Below are positions 9,956 through 18,919 of a stretch of 64,000 nucleotides of DNA, piece by piece. The translations under genes and the position numbers were made by a program. The notes below the pieces were generated by a model. It was not told the origin of the DNA, did no database searches, and saw nothing but the letters and a program-made list of their open reading frames with translations. Location: NCBI GenBank assembly GCA_021809925.1, contig JAJZJV010000001.1:14138-78137 (forward strand). The letters run 5' to 3'. Positions within the stretch are counted from its first letter, which is position 1. Every line of letters starts with the position of its first letter. The stretch comes from Candidatus Micrarchaeota archaeon (lineage in GTDB: Archaea > Micrarchaeota > Micrarchaeia > Micrarchaeales > CABMGC01).

Positions 9956-10441
9956 ATGATATACTATGATACTCTTCGGAAAGTCTATAAGCCAAAATAC
10001 GCTATCCTGACCGTTGTTCTAGGGATAACCTATTCTTTTGCGTTCTGGTATCTGGCATACATTCAGGGTGGCAACGCGGTCATGCTGTCCGTACCAATTT
10101 ATATGATTTTTCTGCTTGTGGCAAGTTCCTCTGTTCTCATGACAATCGCTGTATATTCTATGTGGAGCACGCATAAAAACAACTCAAAAGCGATAGGCAC
10201 AGTGCCCAGCGTAGGTACAATCGTGCTAGGTAGCGGCCTATGTGGTTGCACTACTACCTTGCTACCAACCATGGCCCTGGCGGTGGGCATGAGCACTCCG
10301 GCGGTCTATGCGCTCACTTCGTTCCTGAGGAACTACAACATGGAAATCATTTTGCTGCTGATAACCCTCAATGTTGTGATCATAGCATACTATCTGAACA
10401 AGTTGTCTGGCCCCAAACGTAAAATAGCTAAAACGCCTTGA
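9956..10441 (+). CDS. polytopic membrane protein with intramembrane GLCGCTTT motif
   Basis: About four or five hydrophobic helices with a CGC motif inside one of them. Last gene of the cluster, 9 nt after the previous stop. Confidence 0.5.
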   Translation: MIYYDTLRKVYKPKYAILTVVLGITYSFAFWYLAYIQGGNAVMLSVPIYMIFLLVASSSVLMTIAVYSMWSTHKNNSKAIGTVPSVGTIVLGSGLCGCTTTLLPTMALAVGMSTPAVYALTSFLRNYNMEIILLLITLNVVIIAYYLNKLSGPKRKIAKTP

Positions 10442-10629
10442 TTGTCCCATTACAAACTTAACTACTATGTTAATTCCTCCGACCTAGCGACAAGAGTCAC
10501 AAGGCCAGAATAATGTTCTTGGTTAATCATCTATCACCATGCATATATTTCCTAATTTTATATTACCTATAAACTACTATTCACCATCAATTGTGGTATG
10601 CTGGCTTACATATGTTGGAGGGGTGCGTT

Positions 10630-11751
10630 AGACTTCGCCGAACCATCATCGTGGTATGTTAAATTAAAACGTCACCCTTCCATCTCATTCATTGGTCATG
10701 GTACTCTTCATCCCTCTTGAGCATCCAATATATGATTCGCAACAATCTCTTCATGCTGGCTATCTTCGCCTTCTTCCTTCCTATTCTGTCCCTGTTTTCT
10801 TCATACCAATATGTCACAATCGAACTCTTGCCGAATCTCGTGTGAATGTTGGCACATTGCAGCAATACTGACTTAAGGAAGGTGTTGCCTTTCACTATGT
10901 GACCTTTCCATTCATTGTCTCCGGACTGGTGTGTCCGCGGCACAACGCCTGCGAATGAAAACAGTCTGAATTCGTCGTGGAATCGATTTATGTCGCCTAT
11001 TTCTGCAGCGATTATAAGAGAAGCGCACGGACCGAAACCAGGAATCGTATCTATAAGCCGCGCATAATGGCTGACTAATGATTTGCCGTTTTGCACGATA
11101 TCATGGATCCTTTTATCGTATTCTCCAATGGTTGCATCAGTCTCGTCTAACTGCCTGAGAAGCAGTTCAAGTTTCGGCTCGTTCCCCAATATCTTCCTGT
11201 TTTTCTTTCCAAGTCTCTTTACGTCTATCCCGAGGCAGAACGCATGGTACTTTATCTTGTTGACTATTGCAACTCTCTGCCTTACGGCTAACGCCCTATC
11301 CCTGCAGAGGTCCCTCGCATCCCTAACCTCCCTGATTGGCAGGTAAGATTTGGGCAGATAGTCCTTCTTGTACAGATCCATGAGCGTGTGCGCATCATTC
11401 TTGTCGGTCTTCTTTACCGACTGCGAGATAAGTCTCACCTTTGCGGGATGCGCAACAGTCAAATCATAACCCTCAAACATGTTTGCAATCCAATTGGTGT
11501 TGCTGCTTGCCTCAACTATTATTTTGGGATTGTCCACTTCTTCAAAGAAAGCAGAGAACCCCTCTTTTGTTGTATATGTGTATCCCTCTTTCACAACTAT
11601 GACGTTCTCTTCCATAACAACATAACTCTTCCACTTCCCAAGGTCTATTGCCATTTCCATATTTGCACCCATTTATACATTACACCGCAACATTATCTGG
11701 CTTGTTGCGGCATCTGGGTGCGAGGAGGAATTAAACATGCCAGACTTCGCC
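10630..11751 (-). mobile_element. IS110-family insertion sequence, boundaries tentative
   Basis: The transposase is flanked by an exact 10-nt direct repeat, agacttcgcc, at 10630-10639 and 11742-11751. The upstream non-coding end may instead extend to about 11880. Confidence 0.4.
10689..11672 (-). CDS. IS110-family (DEDD) transposase
   Basis: AIDLGK N-terminal DEDD start, KTDKNDA motif, and a C-terminal IPGFGP...AEIGDINRF helix-hairpin-helix-like region with SGD...G. The true start is probably the Met at 11654. Confidence 0.85.
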   Translation of the reverse strand: MGANMEMAIDLGKWKSYVVMEENVIVVKEGYTYTTKEGFSAFFEEVDNPKIIVEASSNTNWIANMFEGYDLTVAHPAKVRLISQSVKKTDKNDAHTLMDLYKKDYLPKSYLPIREVRDARDLCRDRALAVRQRVAIVNKIKYHAFCLGIDVKRLGKKNRKILGNEPKLELLLRQLDETDATIGEYDKRIHDIVQNGKSLVSHYARLIDTIPGFGPCASLIIAAEIGDINRFHDEFRLFSFAGVVPRTHQSGDNEWKGHIVKGNTFLKSVLLQCANIHTRFGKSSIVTYWYEENRDRIGRKKAKIASMKRLLRIIYWMLKRDEEYHDQ

Positions 11752-11919
11752 ACTTAGGTAATCATATCTTTGGTGCGCCAATTTATTTTGGTAATTATAT
11801 GGCAACACCAAATATAGTAGTAGATAGCCAGAAAAATAACCTTAATTATATTATGAGTGGATTTCCCTCGTAAATCTACTTGAATGCTCTCGAAGTTTTG
11901 TTATATTCTTCTATGAAAT

Positions 11920-12610
11920 CTATAATTTTCCTGGATAAATCCTTTTTGTGTTGAAACTTCCCCTATTTATCAACTGCTTCTGAATAATTGCAAACCATAA
12001 TTCTACCTGATTGAGCCACGATGCGTGAGTTGGTGTAAAGTGGAAGTGCACATTTTTGTGTTCGGATAACCATTCGTGTATTTCGTCAGTATCGTGAGTG
12101 CCAAAATTGTCAACTACGATGTGTAACATTTTTCCTGCATTTCCCCATCTTGCGTAAACATGTTTTAAGAATTGGAGAATTCTACTGCTGTGTGTCGAGG
12201 TGCCAACATCCCAAAAGCTTTACCATCGTTGATTCTGAACGCTGCAAATAAATCTAAGGTACCATTCCTTTTGTATTCGTGCGATGAATGCTCTTGACTA
12301 CCTACTTTCATTGGCTCTATTCTCCTTGAAAGCATTTGAATGCCCGGTTTTTCATCTATACAAATTACAAATGCATTCTTTGGTGGATTCAAATACAATC
12401 CAACAACACCTGTCCCTTTCTTCTCGAATTCGGGATCATTACTAAAGCACCACATTTGACTCTGGTGTGGTTTTAAGTTATCCCTTCATAATCTCTTGCA
12501 GTCTGCTCTTTTTAACAAATCCAAGTTCGTCTGACAGTCGACGTATACTCCAATATGCGTTGTTCTTTGGCTTTTTACATGCCGTTTCTGCAATCTTCAG
12601 AATAGGCAAA
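11920..12610 (-). pseudogene. IS630/Tc1-mariner-family transposase remnant, 5'-truncated and frameshifted
   Basis: Fragments read ...ILKIAETACKKPKNNAYWSIRRLSDELG..., MWCFSNDPEFEKKG...ICIDEKPGIQ and VVDNFGTHDT...ASWLNQVELWF. They lie in three frames, and the N-terminal HTH part is cut off at the IS200 left hairpin. Confidence 0.7.
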
Positions 12611-12616
12611 AGCTTT

Positions 12617-13266
12617 CCCCCGACCTTGTCGGGGGCAGGAACCTAATCCTGCAATAAATATATCCTTTCTCTTCTAAAATCCTTTGACGGCGAGTGGACA
12701 CGGTTTCGACGCGTCCGGATTTTTCGCCGCCGAAGTAATTCCATGGATAGTGTAAACCACGCAAAAAATATAAAGGGAACAAAATTCGACTGGCAGTATA
12801 ACTGGTCGCACATCGTCTTCGTTACCAAGAAGAGGAAGAAGAACTTCAGGAAGGAATACAACAGGATCGTTGTAAGAACTGCGATCGAAGAAGCAGCTGC
12901 AAGGTTCGGAATTGGCATAAAGGAATTCTCGTTCAGCGACGATTTTGCGCACGTGCACATGGAACTCAACATCCCAAATACTCTGACAATGTGCCAGGTA
13001 GTTCAGATCTTGAAGAGTCACTCTGCATCAGCAGTCTTCCAGAGAATCCCAAACTTCAGGAAACTTTATCCACGGAGAAGTTTCTGGGGTATCAGTTCAG
13101 TAACAGCAGCACCGGCCCTGTAGGTGAAAAGGTTGTTCAGAATTACATACGCAGACAGGACATCTCAGAGAAATACAGTGAAAAGCAGAAGAGATTATTT
13201 AACTGAGATGCGACTGCCATCGAGCAATCCGAATACCCCCGACGTAGTCGGGGGATGGATTGCTCG
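12617..13266 (+). mobile_element. IS200-type element (TnpA only) bounded by matching subterminal hairpins
   Basis: Left hairpin cccccgac-ctt-gtcggggg at 12617-12635. Right hairpin cccccgac-gta-gtcggggg at 13236-13254, nested inside the outer stem cgagcaatcc/ggattgctcg (13221-13230 / 13257-13266). Confidence 0.7.
12743..13206 (+). pseudogene. tnpA: IS200/IS605 TnpA (HUH/Y1 transposase) with 1-nt frameshift
   Basis: HUH motif AHVHMEL in frame 1. The Tyr-motif tail GYQFSNSSTGPVGEKVVQNYIRRQ is in another frame. Adding one G to the G4 run at 13086-13089 restores ...RRSFWGYQFS... Confidence 0.8.
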
Positions 13267-13553
13267 TGCTTGGGGTTCATAAGGGGCGTAGCCCCTTATT
13301 TTATATACTAGAAGCAAAAGAAGTAGCTAATGAAGTAGCTAATAAACTAAGTAAGGTTCTTGATTCAAAGCATAGTTGGTATGCAGATTTCAAAAACGAT
13401 ACACACCATTACATTATTTTTCGTAATAAGGTCTTCTATATCGATAGATCAAGTAAAGAACAATATGACAAGGCTACTACATACGAACTTACTTTAGGTA
13501 TACCTGATTACCAGCTTGATTTTAGCTCTCATATAAAAGAATGGGTTAGGTAA
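13260..13553 (+). CDS. hypothetical protein or gene fragment
   Basis: 97-aa ORF whose first codons overlap the IS200 right hairpin. There is no convincing start context. AT-rich. Confidence 0.2.
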   Translation: MLVLGVHKGRSPLFYILEAKEVANEVANKLSKVLDSKHSWYADFKNDTHHYIIFRNKVFYIDRSSKEQYDKATTYELTLGIPDYQLDFSSHIKEWVR

Positions 13554-14412
13554 TTAGTTTTCTGGGATTTGTATTGCCCATCTGATTAATCGAGTCTTCA
13601 TCTATTCCATTTTCCTTTAACAATAGTGTAAATTCTCTAAGTGCCACGCTAGGGCTAGGCATGTTAATCTGGCCTACATCAGAACTTATGATAATCTTAG
13701 ATGGATTTACCTTTTTAATGACTTTAGTTAACTCCAGAATGCTTATTTTATCGATCGCATACATAGAGTATGGTACTTCGATATACACACCCTTTGTTTG
13801 TGAAATCTCTGCTTGCTTATCTATTGGCATCTCTATGAGTTGATACATGGGGTGAGTAATTATTATCTTGTCAATTCCTAATCCTAGAGCTTCAGCTACA
13901 ACGAGTTCTGTCTCAACAGTAGAGATGTGGCCAGTTGCCAGTATACTGTTATTGTCTTTTATCATTTTAAGTACCGACAGTGCTTTTTCTGTCAATTTGC
14001 CTGAGCTGTTAATAACTGTTATACCTCTAATTTCACCTGAAAGGCGAGATTTAAACCTTCTATTAACCCACTCTGGTCTTATTTCGTATTTACTTCTTTT
14101 CAGATAGTTGTCAGCATTTATTGTAGGAAACCAGACTATTATAGGCCTTTCTGATATTTTCGCTGTACTATACACGACATCTGGATTTAGTCCACCTACA
14201 TAATTATTTAGTACGACAGAACCTATCAACTCTAAATTTGTGGTATTCTTTAGACTAGCGATAAATGGCGTTGTCGGATAAAAATGATTTTTTAGTCCTA
14301 TCCCACAAATTCTATTATTTTCTTCGCTAATCAATGTCTCCAATGTAAATTTTCTAGGTATTGGCTCTGGCCCAATGTGGACGTGTAAATCTACGAAATC
14401 TTTAATTTCCAT
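13546..14412 (-). CDS. metal-dependent hydrolase, amidohydrolase/PHP-like TIM-barrel type
   Basis: N-terminal VDLHVHIGP (D-x-H-x-H), with later TGHIS, ITHPMY and SSDVGQ segments placed as expected for barrel metal ligands. Its start overlaps the upstream stop by 1 nt (TAATG). Confidence 0.6.
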   Translation of the reverse strand: MEIKDFVDLHVHIGPEPIPRKFTLETLISEENNRICGIGLKNHFYPTTPFIASLKNTTNLELIGSVVLNNYVGGLNPDVVYSTAKISERPIIVWFPTINADNYLKRSKYEIRPEWVNRRFKSRLSGEIRGITVINSSGKLTEKALSVLKMIKDNNSILATGHISTVETELVVAEALGLGIDKIIITHPMYQLIEMPIDKQAEISQTKGVYIEVPYSMYAIDKISILELTKVIKKVNPSKIIISSDVGQINMPSPSVALREFTLLLKENGIDEDSINQMGNTNPRKLIT

Positions 14413-15281
14413 TATATCACCTCATCACTTCTTAGTAAACCTTCTAAAGTATCACTACTCATCCATGGAGCTTTATTCTTAATTACGTACACCCTCATGA
14501 AACTTTGCAAATCTGCTGCGTCGTTTTCCTTCTTCACCAGACTTAGTTTGATTGGATCGTATAGTTGACCTATCAGAATGGCCTCTGTTACTCTTTCTTC
14601 TACATACCTTTTTGCACTCCGATCAATGTTATCGGGATTCATTATCCTTGCTTTTCTTAACGCATCTCGTATTAGGTTATCTATTGGCATTTCAGATATG
14701 TTGGCTTTTATCCATGAATATTCTTCTAAATTTTCTCCTTTAATCCTAGACCAAGGAATGAAGCTTATGTTTAGTTTTCCTTCTCCTGTCAATGGTCTCA
14801 TAATGCCTTGTATTACATTACTTAAAGCATTGAAATATCCGTTAACAAAACTTTCAGATAGTCCATTAATATCAGTCCCATAAGTGTCTGCTGGCATTAC
14901 TAAGAATCGGATTTCGAAACCATATCTGATAAAACCTTCTAATATTTCCTTGACTTCCCTCAATGTAGCTATTTCGGGACTCGATTCACCTATTTCTGTA
15001 GTTTTTATTTTGTATCTCGGCCCCCATGGTGAAAAGAAACATAGCTCTGACTCTCCTATTCTACAAAGTGCTAATTTATCTACTATGTCATCAAAACGGA
15101 CTGGTTTCTGTTTTCCACTTTCCTCTTTCCGAGTGTTAAGAAATTCTAATGCTAGGTCCATATCTTGTGCTTTTCTAACTAGTTGAGGTCTATCTAATTG
15201 ACCTTTATAACCTAATCTAACTAAAGACTGCCTAACTGTTGTACTAATTTCTCTATTTCTTAGTTGTTCCATATTTTTCAC
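14412..15281 (-). CDS. 289-aa protein of unknown family
   Basis: Clean ORF with conserved-looking segments FFSPWGPRY, LVMPADTYGTDINGL, IPWSRI and NKAPWM. No transmembrane helix and no motif I can assign. Confidence 0.55.
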   Translation of the reverse strand: MKNMEQLRNREISTTVRQSLVRLGYKGQLDRPQLVRKAQDMDLALEFLNTRKEESGKQKPVRFDDIVDKLALCRIGESELCFFSPWGPRYKIKTTEIGESSPEIATLREVKEILEGFIRYGFEIRFLVMPADTYGTDINGLSESFVNGYFNALSNVIQGIMRPLTGEGKLNISFIPWSRIKGENLEEYSWIKANISEMPIDNLIRDALRKARIMNPDNIDRSAKRYVEERVTEAILIGQLYDPIKLSLVKKENDAADLQSFMRVYVIKNKAPWMSSDTLEGLLRSDEVI

Positions 15282-15492
15282 TATTTAAGATTTTTAGCAT
15301 TAATTTACCGAGATTAGTCATTTTTGCCTCAGAATTGCTAAACGCTATGATCCCTAACTTTTGTAGAATCTTTGCGTTAAATTTCAATGTAGAAAGAGGT
15401 ATTCCGTATTTTTGTGAAAGACTTAGAAGTAGAGGTGTGATATATTCAAATCCTCTGATGTTTGATAAAATTAGTACCTGATTTTTATTCAA
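15253..15492 (-). CDS. small winged-helix DNA-binding protein
   Basis: 79 aa. The pattern IPLSTLKFNAKILQKLGII is HTH-like. It overlaps the downstream gene by 29 nt. Confidence 0.5.
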   Translation of the reverse strand: MNKNQVLILSNIRGFEYITPLLLSLSQKYGIPLSTLKFNAKILQKLGIIAFSNSEAKMTNLGKLMLKILNSEKYGTTKK

Positions 15493-15650
15493 TGCCTTAA
15501 GTAAAACTGGCCTAAATTCTTCCCTTCTTACTCCATATAACCGTTCCTGTATTCTATAAGAACGGCATATTCGTGTTGGCTCGGCATCATACTCCCTCGT
15601 TAGGTAATTTTAGATTTCTTTATTTAGATATATAAGCATTTTGGACAGGT

Positions 15651-15833
15651 TTACTTGGCCTTCTCCATAACCTTCCCATAAACTTTAATCTTCTTCCCTT
15701 CTTTTATGTTTTTCTTCATATACCAGAGCGTATTTCTCCTTAACCCTGACTTTCTTTGCTCTTCAGGAGTTATATTTAGTATCTTTTCCCTCAGCCCCGA
15801 GTCATCTGCCCTTTTATCTGAATTTCTGGTATG
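15651..15833 (-). pseudogene. C-terminal remnant of an integrated-element protein (HTH-like tail)
   Basis: Open frame without a start codon. It encodes ...LNITPEEQRKSGLRRNTLWYMKKNIKEGKKIKVYGKVMEKAK, a paralogue of the tail of the adjacent plus-strand pseudogene. Confidence 0.4.
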
Positions 15834-16357
15834 CTAAAGCCGTTCAATTTTGTTATTGTTGGCATAGGGCAGAAATTAGACCCATCGACCAAAGAACCAA
15901 TAATACCCCTGGAGGCTCACACCAAAACACAGATATCGTGCCGTTTAGTCCGTTTACCGATTACAAAACTGGTAAAGAGTACAAAGATAACACAAGGTTC
16001 TACTGGAAACCGTTTTTAGAATTCCTCTTTGGCTACATGGACCATAATGATAACAAGTACGGCGGCGATATAGGAGAGCTAAGAAGGAAACAAATCGTTA
16101 TCAATTGCATTGAACACATCGGCAAAGAGCCGAATAATCTTGAGGAAACAGAGGCTATCAGTGTTTCGGATAATGATTACGTTATCTATGATAATAAAAC
16201 TGAGCAGAGGAGAGCAGATGTCATCAGGAATATGACAACGAAAGACGCTAAACGCATTGGATTATCGAAAATGTAGAGGTTTAGGTTGAAGAAGATAAAA
16301 GAAGGAAAGAAGATAATGTTAAAGAAGAAAACGATGAAGAAACTAATGGGAATGTGA
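15831..16357 (+). pseudogene. integrated-element protein broken by a frameshift and an in-frame stop
   Basis: The 15831-16019 and 15938-16276 pieces are in different frames. After the TAG at 16274-16276 the same frame continues as RFRLKKIKEGKKIMLKKK, matching the tail of the inverted paralogue. It contains an IGKEPNNLEETE motif. Confidence 0.5.
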
Positions 16358-16361
16358 TAGC

Positions 16362-16532
16362 ATGACAAAACCTATGCCAGAGATAAGAAAAAAGGTTCTT
16401 GATGAATTATTTGGTGATTGGGAAGATTACAAACACCATTTCAATTCAATTGACCTCAAAGTGGCTACGTTAGAGAAACTTATCAATAGGACTATAAAAG
16501 CAACTTCAGAAAAGCTAGAAGAGAAAAAATAG
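16362..16532 (+). CDS. small 56-aa coiled-coil ORF
   Basis: ATG-initiated ORF missing from the track because it is under 60 aa. Charged and helical, with no other support. Confidence 0.2.
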   Translation: MTKPMPEIRKKVLDELFGDWEDYKHHFNSIDLKVATLEKLINRTIKATSEKLEEKK

Positions 16533-16661
16533 CACCAAGCAAGGTTATAAAAAACAGCCAAGTTTCAAATCCAATCCCCCCAGCCTCAGCCTTCTCCATG
16601 CTAAAAATATGTTAGAAAAAGGTAACATTTGAGGCTTCTGTATATAACCTCTATATCTTAG

Positions 16662-16736
16662 CGGGCCCGGTGGGATTTGAACCCACGACTTATTGGTTAA
16701 GAGCCAACCACTCTGACCAAGCTGAGTTACGGGCCC
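16662..16736 (-). tRNA. tRNA-Lys (anticodon CUU)
   Basis: I folded the cloverleaf by hand: acceptor GGGCCCG/CGGGCCC, anticodon stem GTTGG/CCAAT with loop CTCTTAA, T-arm GTGGG-TTCAAAT-CCCAC. No CCA is encoded. Confidence 0.9.
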
Positions 16737-16958
16737 AGAAAGCGTTATTTATTATTGTCCTCTTTATTTCTATCAGAATGATTCAATACTCTAAGCTATT
16801 TATTTATGTTCATCAATATTTTTAAAATATGTGGATCATGCTTGCATCCTGACGGCTTTCCTTGCTGCATGGAATCTCAAGTATTGTTACGTCGATAATA
16901 TGAGGATGCAATCCGAAATGTATATATTGTTTCTCAACCAAAGTTAATAATACTTGAA

Positions 16959-16972
16959 TTAATATAATAATA
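16959..16972 (+). promoter_or_regulatory. TATA-like box upstream of gyrB
   Basis: ttaatataataata is centred about 25 nt upstream of the ATG at 16990, consistent with a leaderless or short-leader archaeal promoter. Confidence 0.3.
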
Positions 16973-16989
16973 TCATAGCTCTTATCTAA

Positions 16990-18915
<1,926 letters not shown>

Positions 18916-18919
18916 TCAA

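Noticed and set aside
12597-13021. ORFs antisense to the IS200 tnpA gene (61-115 aa).
   Set aside because: They overlap the recognisable HUH transposase frame and have no features of their own.
5840-16661. A direct repeat of the 3' half of tRNA-Lys that would mark the far att site of the island.
   Set aside because: I did not spot a copy by eye. This is not a reliable negative and needs a computational search.
16737-16989. A possible C/D-box sRNA or long-range pairing (tgcatcc ... ggatgca) between tRNA-Lys and gyrB.
   Set aside because: Only near-matches to the C and D boxes are present (ATGAGGA, and no properly placed CTGA). This is more likely AT-rich promoter DNA for gyrB.
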